This document shows, piece after piece, positions 20,544-29,933 of a stretch of 64,000 nt of DNA. A program made the position numbers and the translations under genes. This DNA comes from an uncultured Actinomycetota bacterium (GTDB lineage Bacteria; Actinomycetota; Geothermincolia; Geothermincolales; Geothermincolaceae), in NCBI GenBank assembly GCA_964515075.1, contig CAZETE010000003.1, forward strand, positions 14,254 through 78,253, given 5' to 3'. The notes under the pieces were generated by a model, which worked only from the letters and a program-made list of their open reading frames with translations, did not search any database and was not told where the DNA came from. Position 1 is the first letter of the stretch. Every line of letters begins with the position of its first letter.

Positions 20544-20959
20544 GGGCCCGCCCCCCCTTCGAAGGAGCGGACGGCCTGGAGGACGGCGGCCACCGTCAAC
20601 TCGACGGGACAGACCACGGTGATGCCCCTCCCCTCGTAGAAACGGGCGCGGCGGGGGTCGAAGACCCGCGCCACCACGCGCTCCACGCCGAACTCCTCCC
20701 GCGCCATCTGGGCCACCACCAGGTTGGTGTTGTCTCCGTCGGTGGCGACGACGCAGATGTCCGCCTCTCCCAGTCCGGCTTCCTTGAGAACCTCCAGATC
20801 CAGGCCGGCGCCGCGGAAGAACCTCACCGGCGAGTCCGGGCCGAGGTTGGCCACGGCCTCCTGCTGCTCGTCGACGACGCTCACCCGGCAGCCTTCCGCC
20901 GCATAGTGCTCCGCCAGTTCCGAGCCTACCCTGCCGCATCCGACGATGACGATGTTCAC
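20540..20959 (-). CDS. TrkA-family protein, RCK_N domain only
   Basis: IVGCGRVG, VATDGDNTN, VARVFDP; 139 aa. Confidence 0.9.
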   Translation of the reverse strand: MNIVIVGCGRVGSELAEHYAAEGCRVSVVDEQQEAVANLGPDSPVRFFRGAGLDLEVLKEAGLGEADICVVATDGDNTNLVVAQMAREEFGVERVVARVFDPRRARFYEGRGITVVCPVELTVAAVLQAVRSFEGGAGP

Positions 20960-20980
20960 CCGCTCTCACCTCGCATGTTT

Positions 20981-21493
20981 CTACTTATTGTCATTTCCTC
21001 CCACGAGCATGACCGTACACCCCGCCTTCTCCTGCAGGTACTCGGCGATCTTGCGGTTGGCGCGCCGCAGCCGCTCGCCCGGGTACAGATCGAAGACGAC
21101 CAGGTCGAACCCGCCCCTCCGCTGGACCTCCACCACCGCCTTCGAGCCCATGCGGGCCTTCTCCAGCCCCGGCAGCAGACGCCGGCCCAGGCTCCTTCCG
21201 ACCCGGGCAGCCTCCTCCAGCGCCTCCAGCCCCCGGGCCGTCTCCTCCTCCGCCTCCACCTCCAGAGAGCGGCTGATGGGCACCTCCGTCACATAGAGGG
21301 TCTCGATGACCCCGTGCCTGCCCGCCATGCTCACCGCCAGCTCGATGGAGCGCCGGGTGAAAGGCTCGTCCACCGCGACGACCAGGACCTTCCGGTAAGG
21401 CGGGAGGTCGGCCCGGCAGGACCAGGCCGCATAGAGCCGCGCCGCAGCCAGGGCCACCAGGGCCCCGACGGCCATCCCGAGCAACAGGTACAT
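20981..21493 (-). CDS. Membrane-anchored universal stress protein (USP) domain
   Basis: N-terminal TM helix, then KVLVVAVD...LYVTEVP...DLVVF USP fold pattern. Confidence 0.7.
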   Translation of the reverse strand: MYLLLGMAVGALVALAAARLYAAWSCRADLPPYRKVLVVAVDEPFTRRSIELAVSMAGRHGVIETLYVTEVPISRSLEVEAEEETARGLEALEEAARVGRSLGRRLLPGLEKARMGSKAVVEVQRRGGFDLVVFDLYPGERLRRANRKIAEYLQEKAGCTVMLVGGNDNK

Positions 21494-22614
21494 CAGGCCC
21501 CACCCTCCTCGCGCCGCGCCACCGGGTCCTCGCTGATGACGTGCACGTCCACGCTGCCCAGCCTTCGAAGCACCTGGAAGAGCAGGGACCGCCCGGCGGG
21601 GCGCGCCGGGGAAGGCCTTTCGGGCCTCCCCATGAAGATCTGGGTGATGCGCCGCTCGCGCGCCGTGCGGATGATGGTCTCCGCTTCGTCCACCGCCTCC
21701 AGTTCCAGGAACTCCGCCCCCAGGGTCCGGCAGAGGTCCCTGAGGGCCCTTACCTGCTCCTCGTCCTCCTCCGGCTTCCTCCCCGAGAACCGGTCCTTCC
21801 AGGCCGGCCCCCTCTTCGCGTAGACCACCACCAGCCCGGCGTTGAGGCGGCGAGACATCCTCCAGCCACGGCGGATGAGGCGCTGGGCGTTGGTCTCCGG
21901 CCGCACGCAGACCATGATCCGCTCGGCGGACGCCGGCTGGGAGGCCTCCTCGTCCAGGACGGCGGCCTCCTCCACCTCGTCAGCCACCTCGCGCAGGGCC
22001 AGCTCCCTCAAGGCGGTGAGGTTGCTCCTCTGAAAGAAGTTGGCCAGGGAGGTCTCGATCCTGCCCGGCGGGTAGACCTTGCCCGCCTTGATGCGCTCGA
22101 TGAGGGCCTCCGGGCTGATGTCGATGAGGCGGATCTGATCGGCTTGCTCCAAAAGGCGGTCGGGGAAGGTCTCGCGCACCTTGACCCCGGTCAGCTCGAA
22201 GACCAGGTCGTTCAGGCTCTCCAGGTGCTGGATGTTGACGGTGGTCCAGACGTCGATGCCGTGGGACAGGATCTCCTCGATATCCTCGTAGCGCTTTCGC
22301 CGTTCGGCCCCGGGCACGTTGGTGTGGGCCATCTCGTCCACCAGCACCAGCCGCGGGCGGGCATCGACGACGGCCCGGGTGTCCATCTCCTCGAAGCTCT
22401 TCCCGCGGTAATCGATGCGCCGCCGCGGGATGACCGGCAGTTCACCGACCATGAAAGCGGTGTCGTCGCGCCCGTGGGTCTCGATGTACCCGACCTTGAC
22501 GTCAATCCCGGAGCGCAGCTGCTGGTGGCCCTCGGAGAGCATGGTGTAGGTCTTGCCCACGCCCGCCGCCGAGCCCAGGAAGATGGTCAGCTTTCCCCTG
22601 TCCCTCTCCGCCAC
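21493..22614 (-). CDS. kdpD: Truncated KdpD: N-terminal KdpD (Walker A) domain plus USP domain, no TM or histidine kinase
   Basis: GKLTIFLGSAAGVGKTYTML, VDEMAHTN, RYEDIEEIL, NIQHLESLND, LRELALR; ends after the USP domain at 373 aa. Confidence 0.92.
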   Translation of the reverse strand: MAERDRGKLTIFLGSAAGVGKTYTMLSEGHQQLRSGIDVKVGYIETHGRDDTAFMVGELPVIPRRRIDYRGKSFEEMDTRAVVDARPRLVLVDEMAHTNVPGAERRKRYEDIEEILSHGIDVWTTVNIQHLESLNDLVFELTGVKVRETFPDRLLEQADQIRLIDISPEALIERIKAGKVYPPGRIETSLANFFQRSNLTALRELALREVADEVEEAAVLDEEASQPASAERIMVCVRPETNAQRLIRRGWRMSRRLNAGLVVVYAKRGPAWKDRFSGRKPEEDEEQVRALRDLCRTLGAEFLELEAVDEAETIIRTARERRITQIFMGRPERPSPARPAGRSLLFQVLRRLGSVDVHVISEDPVARREEGGA

Positions 22615-22624
22615 TCGTCCTTCC

Positions 22625-23215
22625 TCACCCTTTTCCGCTGACGATGCCGTAGGCGCCCAGGACGGTTTCCACCGCCTGGTCGCACGAGATGCCGGTGGTG
22701 TTGATGACCAGGTCGTAGACGAGGGGGTCGTTCCAGTCGGTGTTGAGGAGGTAGTTGTGGTAGGCGCTGCGGGAGTAGTCGGAGTCGAGCACGCGCTTGC
22801 GGGCCTCCTCCAGGCCCTTCCGCCCCTTCAGCCCGGACTGCTCCGCGATACGCCCGATACGGACGTCCAGGTCCGCCACCAGGTGGACCCGGAAGAGGCG
22901 GGGGTCTTCGCCCATGATCACCCCGGCGCCCCGCCCCAGGATGACCACGTCGCCCCGCTCCACCGTCTCGCGGATGACCGAGCTGACGGCGCCCAGGTAC
23001 TTGCCCGACCTGTGCTGGAAAGTGAGGCGGTCCTCCAGGCTGACCCGGCGTTCGAAGACCCGCTCGATCTTCCCCTCCTCGAACCCGGTCTTGCGGGCCG
23101 CCTCGGTCACCAGTTCCCGGCCGACCATGCGCCAGCCCAGCCGTTCCGCCACCCGCTCGGCCACGGTACGCCCGCCGCTCCCCATCTGGCGGGAGATCGC
23201 TATCGCTCTCTTCAC
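22625..23215 (-). CDS. Cytidylate kinase-like (P-loop) protein
   Basis: IAISRQMGSGG, VILGRGA, YDLVINT. Confidence 0.85.
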   Translation of the reverse strand: MKRAIAISRQMGSGGRTVAERVAERLGWRMVGRELVTEAARKTGFEEGKIERVFERRVSLEDRLTFQHRSGKYLGAVSSVIRETVERGDVVILGRGAGVIMGEDPRLFRVHLVADLDVRIGRIAEQSGLKGRKGLEEARKRVLDSDYSRSAYHNYLLNTDWNDPLVYDLVINTTGISCDQAVETVLGAYGIVSGKG

Positions 23216-23820
23216 CGGCTCACCTCCCCGAGCATCCTCTGCACCTCCAGGTTGAGCTCGAGCACATTGACGCGGGGCTGGCCGAAGATGCCCAGAAACC
23301 TCCCCCTCACGTGGTCACGCACCATTTCCGACAGGTCCTCCTCCGGGATGCCGGTGGCCCCCGCCACCCGGGGCACCTGCAGATGCGCCGACTCCTCGCT
23401 CAAGTGCGGGTCCAGCCCCGAGGCCGAGCCGGTGACCATCTCCACCGGAACCTCCGACGGAGAGACGCCCGGGTTCTCCTCCAGGAACTGCCGCAGCCTC
23501 TCCGCGGCCCGCGACCCCAGTTCGGGGTTGGAGGGCCCCAGGTTGGAGGCGCCGCCGGCCATGGCGTCGTACCCCGCTCCGGCCGCGGAGGGGCGGCCGT
23601 GGAAGTACCTCTCCGAGGTGAACTGCTGGCCGACGTCGCGCGCCCCCACCGCCCGCCCGCCCTCGAAGACGATGCCGCCGTCCGCCCGGGAGGCGTCGAC
23701 GCGGGCATAGCTGCAGAGCAGCAGGGGGTAGGCCAGCCCGAGCAGCAGTACCAGCACTCCCGCCAGCGCAGCCAGCCTCGCGGCCTCCTCTCCCACTACT
23801 CTCCCCTTCTCTCCGGACAC
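23212..23820 (-). CDS. kdpC: K+-transporting ATPase subunit C
   Basis: GQQFTSERYFHGRPS, ASNLGPSN, SASGLDPH, PRVNVLELNL. Confidence 0.97.
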   Translation of the reverse strand: MSGEKGRVVGEEAARLAALAGVLVLLLGLAYPLLLCSYARVDASRADGGIVFEGGRAVGARDVGQQFTSERYFHGRPSAAGAGYDAMAGGASNLGPSNPELGSRAAERLRQFLEENPGVSPSEVPVEMVTGSASGLDPHLSEESAHLQVPRVAGATGIPEEDLSEMVRDHVRGRFLGIFGQPRVNVLELNLEVQRMLGEVSR

Positions 23821-23829
23821 GTTTTCTCC

Positions 23830-25875
23830 TTATGCCAAACCGAACAGCCGCAGCACCAGGTCTATCAGCTTGATCCCGACGAAGGGGGCGGCCAGCCCGC
23901 CCACCCCGTAGACGAGGATGTTGCGGCGCAGGACGGCCGAAGCCCCCAGGGGCCTGTATTTCACGCCCTTGAGCGCCAGGGGCACCAGGGCCATGATGAT
24001 CAGGGCGTTGAAGATGACCGCGGAGAGGATGGCGCTCTGCGGGCTGGCCAGGCGCATGACGTTCAGCGACCCCAGCGCGGGGACGTACGCCATGAACATG
24101 GCGGGGATGATGGCGAAATACTTGGAGACGTCGTTGGCCACGCTGAAGGTGGTGAGGCTGCCCCGGGTGATCAGCAGCTGCTTGCCGATCTCCACCACCG
24201 AGATGAGCTTGGCCGGATCGGAATCCAGGTCGACCATGTTGCCGGCCTCCTTGGCCGCCTGGGTGCCCGAGTTCATGGCCAGCCCCACATCGGCCAGGGC
24301 CAGGGCCGGGGCGTCGTTGGTGCCGTCGCCGGTCATGGCCACCAGCTTGCCCGCCTCCTGTTCGGCCCTGATGATGGCCATCTTGTCCTCCGGTCTGGCC
24401 TCGGCCACGTAGTCGTCCACTCCCGCCTCGGCCGCGATGCTCCTGGCCGTCAGGGGATTGTCGCCGGTGATCATCACCGTGCGGATGCCCATGGCCCGCA
24501 GGCGCTCGAAGCGCTCGCTGATGCCCGGCTTGACCACGTCCTTCAACTCCACCAGGCCGATGACCCTGCCGCCCACGGCCACCGCCAGCGGGGTGGAGCC
24601 GTGGGAGGCGACCATCTCCACCGCCGCGCGGTAGCTGTCCGGCACCCGGTTGCCCCGGGACGTCACGTACCTCTCCACGGCGTCGCTGGCGCCCTTGCGG
24701 TAGCTCTCCCCGGAGATGTCCAAGCCGCTCATGCGGGTCTCGGCGGTGAAGGGGATGAGCTCCCCGCCGTCTCCGCCCGGCACCGCGAGGCCCAGCTTCT
24801 CCCCCAACGCCAGGATGGAGCGGCCCTCCGGCGTCCCGTCTCCCAGGGAGGCGAGCATGGCCGCCCGCCCCACCTCCTCCTCGGTGAAGGGTTCGAAGGG
24901 GAGGAACTCGCTGGCGAAGCGGTTGCCGAAGGTGATGGTGCCGGTCTTGTCCAGCAGCAGGGTGTTGATATCGCCCGAGGCCTCCACGGCCCGCCCCGAC
25001 ATGGCCAGCACGTTGTACCGGGTGAGGCGGTTGATGCCGGCGATGCCGATGGCGGAGAGCAGGCCGCCGATGGTGGTGGGGATGAGGCAGACCAGCAGGG
25101 CCACCAGGGAAGTGGTGGACGGGGCGCCGCCCAGGTATTCGCTGACGGGGGTGATGACCACCGCCACCACCAGGAAGATGATGGTCAGGGCGGTGAGCAG
25201 GATGGACAGGGCGATCTCGTTGGGGGTCTTCTGGCGCTCCGCCCCCTCCACCAGGGAGATCATCTTGTCCAGGAAGCTCTGGCCCGGGTCGGCGGAGATG
25301 CGCACCTTGATCCAGTCGGAGAGGACCCGGGTGCCGCCGGTGACCGAACTGAAATCCCCGCCCGACTCCCGGATGACCGGGGCCGACTCGCCGGTGATGG
25401 CCGACTCGTCCACGCTGGCTATGCCCTCCGCCACTTCGCCGTCTCCGGGGATGACCTCCCCCGCCTCCACCAGCACCAGGTCGCCCTTGCGCAGCTCCCC
25501 GGCCGAGACCTCCCGGGCGCTCCCGTCCTCCGAGAGCAGCCTGGCGCCGGTCTCCACCCGGGTGCGCCGCAGGGTCTCGGCCTGGGCCCGCCCCCGGCCC
25601 TCGGCCAGCGCCTCGGCGAAGTTGGCGAAGAGCGCCGTGAGCCACAGCCACAGGGCGACCATCCCGGTGAAGGCCAGCGGGCCCTCACCGGTGATGAGGT
25701 TCTTGAAGAAGTAGAAGGAGGTGATGACGGAGCCGATCTCCACCACGAACATCACCGGGTTGCGCGCCAGCTCGAGCGGGTTGAGCTTGCCGAAGGCATC
25801 CAGGACCGCCCTCTTCACCAGGGCCGCCTCGAAGATGCCCTGGTCCCTTTGCCTCTTTTCGCCCGTCTCGCCCAT
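23830..25875 (-). CDS. kdpB: K+-transporting ATPase subunit B
   Basis: [31 protein letters not shown]. Confidence 0.98.
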   Translation of the reverse strand: MGETGEKRQRDQGIFEAALVKRAVLDAFGKLNPLELARNPVMFVVEIGSVITSFYFFKNLITGEGPLAFTGMVALWLWLTALFANFAEALAEGRGRAQAETLRRTRVETGARLLSEDGSAREVSAGELRKGDLVLVEAGEVIPGDGEVAEGIASVDESAITGESAPVIRESGGDFSSVTGGTRVLSDWIKVRISADPGQSFLDKMISLVEGAERQKTPNEIALSILLTALTIIFLVVAVVITPVSEYLGGAPSTTSLVALLVCLIPTTIGGLLSAIGIAGINRLTRYNVLAMSGRAVEASGDINTLLLDKTGTITFGNRFASEFLPFEPFTEEEVGRAAMLASLGDGTPEGRSILALGEKLGLAVPGGDGGELIPFTAETRMSGLDISGESYRKGASDAVERYVTSRGNRVPDSYRAAVEMVASHGSTPLAVAVGGRVIGLVELKDVVKPGISERFERLRAMGIRTVMITGDNPLTARSIAAEAGVDDYVAEARPEDKMAIIRAEQEAGKLVAMTGDGTNDAPALALADVGLAMNSGTQAAKEAGNMVDLDSDPAKLISVVEIGKQLLITRGSLTTFSVANDVSKYFAIIPAMFMAYVPALGSLNVMRLASPQSAILSAVIFNALIIMALVPLALKGVKYRPLGASAVLRRNILVYGVGGLAAPFVGIKLIDLVLRLFGLA

Positions 25876-25910
25876 CTCGTCCTCGAACCTCCGGCGTTCC
25901 GTTTACCAGC

Positions 25911-27599
25911 TCACGACGCGAAGAACTCGGCCAGGGGGCCCAGGGCCAGCAGGGGGAAGAAGGTCAGGGCCCCGACGATGACGATTATGCCGACCAGCAG
26001 CCCGGCGAAGAGCGGCGTGTCGGTGCGGAAGGTGCCCTCGGACGGCGGCACCGCCTGCTTGCCGGCCAGCGAACCCGCCACCGCCAGCATGGGAAGGAGG
26101 GCGGCGTAGCGCCCTATGAGCATGGCCAGGCCGGTGGCCAGGTTGAAGTAGACGCCGCCGGCCGCCAGCCCCGCGAAGGCGCTGCCGTTGTTGGCGGTGG
26201 CCGAGGTGAAGGCGTAGGCCATCTCGGTGATGCCGTGCGGGCCCCGGTTGAGGACGGCGCCCCGCGCCGAGGGCAGGGCCATGGACAGCGCGGTGAAGCC
26301 GAGGATGCACAGGGGGTGGGCCAGCAGGGCGATGACCGCCAGCTTGACCTCCCGCGACTCGATCTTCTTGCCCGCGAACTCCGGGGTGCGCCCCACCATC
26401 AGCCCCGCGATGAACACGGTGAAGATGACGTAGACGAGCAGGTTGATGAGGCCGGCGCCGCAGGAGCCGAAGACGACGTTGAGCATCATGGCCGAGATGA
26501 GCATCATCCCCCCCAGGGAGGTGAAGGAGTCGTGGGAGCTGTCGACGCTCCCGGTGGTGGCAGTGGTGGTGGTGACGGCGAAGACGGCCGAGCCGGCGGC
26601 GCCGAAGCGCGCCTCCTTGCCCTCCATGTTGCCGGCCGCCTGGTCCACCCCCAGGCCGCGGGCCTGGGGGTTGGGGCCCGCCTCGAACCAGACGGCGAGG
26701 CAGGCGAAGAGGATGAACAGGCAGAGCACCGCCGCGAAGATCACCCAGCCTTGCCGGGAGCTGGCCAGGTAGCGGCTCAGGGCGTAGATCATCGAGGCGG
26801 GGACCAGCAACATCAACAGTATGTAAATGATATCGGTGAACGGCGAGGGGTTCTCGTAGGGGTGGGCGGCGTTGGCGTTGAAGAAGCCGCCGCCGTTGTT
26901 GCCGATATGCTTGATCGATTCCAGGGAGGCCACCGGGCCGCGCGGGATGGTCTGCGCTCTCCCCTCCAGGGTCTCCACCTGCGCCGGCCCCTTCAAGGTC
27001 TGGACCACGCCCAGGGGCACCAGGACGACCGCGCCCGCCAGGGCCAGCGGCAGCAGGATGCGCAGGACGGCCCGGATGAAGTCGGCGTAGAAGTTGCCGA
27101 GGCGGAGGTCGCCCTTGCGGGAGAGGCCGCGCATGAAGCCGACGGCCGCCACCATCCCGGCTGCCGGGGAGGTGAACATGAGCGTGGTCAGCGCCAGCAT
27201 CTGGGTTAGGTAGGAGGCCTGGGTCTCCCCCGCGTAGGCCTGCCAGTTGGTGTTGGTGCCGAAACTCACCGCGGTGTTGAAAGCCAGGCTCCGGGCCATG
27301 CCCGGCGCCTGCGCCGGGTTGAGGGGCAGGTGCCCCTGCAGCCTGAGCACCACGAAGGCGAACAGGATGAACAGGGCGTCGAGGGCCAGGAAGCGCAGGG
27401 CATATCCCTTCCAGTCGTACTCCTCGTGCGGGTCGATGCCGAGGAGGCGGAAGAGGGCCCGTTCCGGCGGGCCGAACAGACGGTCAAGGAAGGTGGGCTC
27501 GGCCTCGAAGACCCTGTATATATATGACCCGACGGGCTTCACCAGCAGGGTGATCAGCCCCGCGACCACCGCCACCTGGGCCCAGCCCAATGCCGCCAT
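25911..27599 (-). CDS. kdpA: K+-transporting ATPase subunit A
   Basis: Filter motifs NTNWQ, NNGGG, TTGSV, NNGSAF; GRTPEFAGKKI. Confidence 0.98.
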   Translation of the reverse strand: MAALGWAQVAVVAGLITLLVKPVGSYIYRVFEAEPTFLDRLFGPPERALFRLLGIDPHEEYDWKGYALRFLALDALFILFAFVVLRLQGHLPLNPAQAPGMARSLAFNTAVSFGTNTNWQAYAGETQASYLTQMLALTTLMFTSPAAGMVAAVGFMRGLSRKGDLRLGNFYADFIRAVLRILLPLALAGAVVLVPLGVVQTLKGPAQVETLEGRAQTIPRGPVASLESIKHIGNNGGGFFNANAAHPYENPSPFTDIIYILLMLLVPASMIYALSRYLASSRQGWVIFAAVLCLFILFACLAVWFEAGPNPQARGLGVDQAAGNMEGKEARFGAAGSAVFAVTTTTATTGSVDSSHDSFTSLGGMMLISAMMLNVVFGSCGAGLINLLVYVIFTVFIAGLMVGRTPEFAGKKIESREVKLAVIALLAHPLCILGFTALSMALPSARGAVLNRGPHGITEMAYAFTSATANNGSAFAGLAAGGVYFNLATGLAMLIGRYAALLPMLAVAGSLAGKQAVPPSEGTFRTDTPLFAGLLVGIIVIVGALTFFPLLALGPLAEFFAS

Positions 27600-27611
27600 G
27601 AATGTGTCCCC

Positions 27612-27695
27612 CTAGAACTTCTCGGGGCGCGCCAGGGCGTAGAAGAGATAGGCGAGGACCGCCGTCGCTATGAAGAGCAGGGCATATTCTTCCAT
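27612..27695 (-). CDS. kdpF: K+-transporting ATPase subunit F (27 aa)
   Basis: MEEYALLFIATAVLAYLFYALARPEKF, the canonical YL..AL..PEKF peptide before kdpA. Confidence 0.93.
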   Translation of the reverse strand: MEEYALLFIATAVLAYLFYALARPEKF

Positions 27696-27743
27696 TCTCC
27701 CCACATACCTCGCTTCCTTGCAGGCCTTTCTTTCCCGGCATCC

Positions 27744-27749
27744 ATTATA
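27744..27749 (-). promoter_or_regulatory. Putative -10 (TATAAT) of the kdp operon
   Basis: TATAAT about 48 nt upstream of kdpF; no clear -35. Confidence 0.4.
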
Positions 27750-27823
27750 TTCCCGCGGCGGATAAAAGGTAGTGTTTCCGGGGTCGATTCCGCTTTGACT
27801 GCAATGCGCCGTTGAAACGAGCG

Positions 27824-28633
27824 TCAGCGCCCGGCTCCCCGCAGGAAGGAGACGATGTCGGCGGCCGCCCGCCCGGGGCACTGCGAGAAGAAGAAGTGCC
27901 CCGCCCCCTCGTAGACGATGAGCCTGGCGCCGGGGATGCTCTCGGCCAGGATGCGCGAGTTCTCCGGCGGCACCAGCTCGTCGGCGTCCCCGGTGAGCAC
28001 CAGGGTGGGAACGGCGATCTCGGGTAGCCTGCGGAAGGAGCCGTAGGCCGCGGCCGCCTCCAGCTGCGCGAAGAAGGAGCGGGCGGGGGCGGGGGCGGCC
28101 TTGTAGCGGCGGATGAAGTCCTCCATGCGGTCGGGGCGTTGGCGGATGAAGGCCTCCGGGTAGAGGAGGGGGAGGCTGGAGCGGGCCACCTCCTCCAGGG
28201 TGGCTCCCGGGCGGCGCGCCCCCACCGCGGCCAAGACCTCCGGCCGGGCGGCGATCTCTTCGGCGCCGCCGCAGCTGGTGCAGCAGAGGACCAGGCCGTC
28301 CACCAGCCCCGGCTCGGACAGGGCCAGCTCCTGCGCGATCTTTCCGCCCGCCGACACCCCCAGGACGCCGGCCCGGCCGCAGCCCAGGGCGCGCAGCAGG
28401 CCCGCCGCGTCGCAGGCCATGTTCTCCACGGAATAGCCCCCGCGCGGCTTGCCGGAACGGCCGCAGCCCCGGTTATCGAATATCACAATGTGTAATTCTT
28501 CTGCCAGGAGGGAGAGGAACCCCGGGTCCCACCAGTCGGCGCTGCCGCCCAGCCCCATGATCATCAGCAGCGGGGGCCCCCCGCCCCGCTCCTCGTACCA
28601 GAGCCTTGTCCCGTTGACCTCCGCGTAAGCCAC
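27824..28633 (-). CDS. Alpha/beta-fold hydrolase
   Basis: MIMGLG, DNRGCGRS, nucleophile elbow GVSAG, GDADELVP, GAGHFF. Confidence 0.9.
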   Translation of the reverse strand: MAYAEVNGTRLWYEERGGGPPLLMIMGLGGSADWWDPGFLSLLAEELHIVIFDNRGCGRSGKPRGGYSVENMACDAAGLLRALGCGRAGVLGVSAGGKIAQELALSEPGLVDGLVLCCTSCGGAEEIAARPEVLAAVGARRPGATLEEVARSSLPLLYPEAFIRQRPDRMEDFIRRYKAAPAPARSFFAQLEAAAAYGSFRRLPEIAVPTLVLTGDADELVPPENSRILAESIPGARLIVYEGAGHFFFSQCPGRAAADIVSFLRGAGR

Positions 28634-28851
28634 CCGCCCGCCTCCCGGCCGCCTTCAGGCCCTCTTTCCCGGCAGGCTGACGGGCGCCTCGCGGTTGCTC
28701 GGGTCGGCGGCGGCGCGGGGACGGGTCGGGCCGCCCGGCAGCCTCGGCCGCCCGTTGCGCCGCGCTTCGCCTTCCTCCCCCGTCGCCCGGGACGCGGGCT
28801 CCGCCGGGATCCGCATCAAAAGCCCTTCCGGGTCCCGGTCCATCGCCACGC

Positions 28852-29847
28852 TCAGGGGGAGCCGAGGACGCCTTCGAGGCTGCCGCGCCAGATGCCCGCG
28901 TCCTCGAAGGTGCCCAGGTAGCCGAAGGCGCAGGAAGGGTCGACGGCCACGGCTAGGACCGTGTGCTCCCCGGTCTCGCCGCCGGTGTTCATCCAGAGGC
29001 CGCCGTTGTAGGTCCAGGCGCCGTAGCCCGTGCCCACCAGGAGCAGGCCCGACCCGTCGTCGTAGGCCATGGACCAGGCCGGGTTCTTGCGGGGGCCCTT
29101 CTCGTGGAGGCTCCACGCCCCGTCCTTAAAGCCCCAGACCCCGCTCTCCCGGGTGCCCGCATAGAGGGTCCCGCCCGCCCGGTCGTAGGCCAGGGAGAGG
29201 ACCTCCGCATCGGCCGGGCCGGAGCCCACCCGGCTCCAGGCGCCGTCGCCGGAGCACTGCAAGACCCCGCGGTCGGTGCCGGCATAGATGGAGCCGTCCG
29301 GGCCGTTCGCCAGCGAGAGCACCTTCAGGTCCGCCGGCCCCTCCAGGCGCCGCCAGGCGGCCCCCTCGAGGGCCCACACCGCGTGGTTGGTGCCGGCGTA
29401 GAGAACCTCACCGCCCTCGCCCAGGAGCAGGACGTAGGCCGCTTCGGGCAGCCCGGTGTCCGCCCATTCCCCCTCCGCGTAGCCCCACACGCCCAGGCTG
29501 CCCGCGGCCGCGTAGAGGACCGAGCCGTCGCCGCGGGCCGCGAGCGCGAAGACCAGGACCTCGTCGAGGGGGCCCGTGAGCAGACGGGGCGAACCCCCCC
29601 GGCAGCACCAGACGCCCCGGCCGTTGGTGGCGGCGTAGAGCGCCCCCTCCCCCGCGGCATAGCAGAGGCCGTGCACCTCGACGCGGTCGAGGGGGGCGGG
29701 CAGGGGCTCCCAGGCAACGGCGCCGGGCTTGCCGGCGCCCCTCCCGCACCCCGTCCCCGCCAGGAGCAGGAGGGCGGCCAGGGCGAGGGCGGCGGTGCGG
29801 GCCGGGGGGCGCGGGCGGGCGGGGCGAGGCGTGATCATCCTTCTCAT
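28852..29847 (-). CDS. Beta-propeller-like lipoprotein
   Basis: Lipobox LAGTGC; about seven repeats of V..LA.....LYAGT..GVW. Confidence 0.7.
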   Translation of the reverse strand: MRRMITPRPARPRPPARTAALALAALLLLAGTGCGRGAGKPGAVAWEPLPAPLDRVEVHGLCYAAGEGALYAATNGRGVWCCRGGSPRLLTGPLDEVLVFALAARGDGSVLYAAAGSLGVWGYAEGEWADTGLPEAAYVLLLGEGGEVLYAGTNHAVWALEGAAWRRLEGPADLKVLSLANGPDGSIYAGTDRGVLQCSGDGAWSRVGSGPADAEVLSLAYDRAGGTLYAGTRESGVWGFKDGAWSLHEKGPRKNPAWSMAYDDGSGLLLVGTGYGAWTYNGGLWMNTGGETGEHTVLAVAVDPSCAFGYLGTFEDAGIWRGSLEGVLGSP

Positions 29848-29854
29848 GCCCGTT

Positions 29855-29927
29855 ATTCTACCACGCCCCCGCGGAGGCGGTCCCGCGCAGTACGGGGGTG
29901 TCCCCGCGGCCCCGCAGATAATAGAAT
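29855..29927. promoter_or_regulatory. Back-to-back leaderless-type promoters (TAGAAT -10 boxes)
   Basis: Minus-strand TGgTAGAAT 7 nt before ATG 29847; plus-strand TAGAAT (29922-29927) 6 nt before ATG 29934; no SD before either start. Confidence 0.55.
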
Positions 29928-29933
29928 AGCCGT

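Noticed and set aside
23311-26109. 932-aa plus-strand ORF and similar long antisense ORFs (for example 11878-13926, 37444-39777)
   Set aside because: These are shadow frames of well-supported opposite-strand genes, with low-complexity G/R/P/A-rich translations typical of high-GC DNA.
27696-27823. c-di-AMP (ydaO) riboswitch upstream of kdpF, expected where kdpE is absent
   Set aside because: The leader is short and lacks the GCTGAATCC...GGGGGAACC...GGGGTGAA pattern.
28655-28843. 62-aa ORF (MDRDPEGLL...) between the propeller lipoprotein and the hydrolase
   Set aside because: No SD, low complexity and no recognisable domain; it may be real but cannot be supported.
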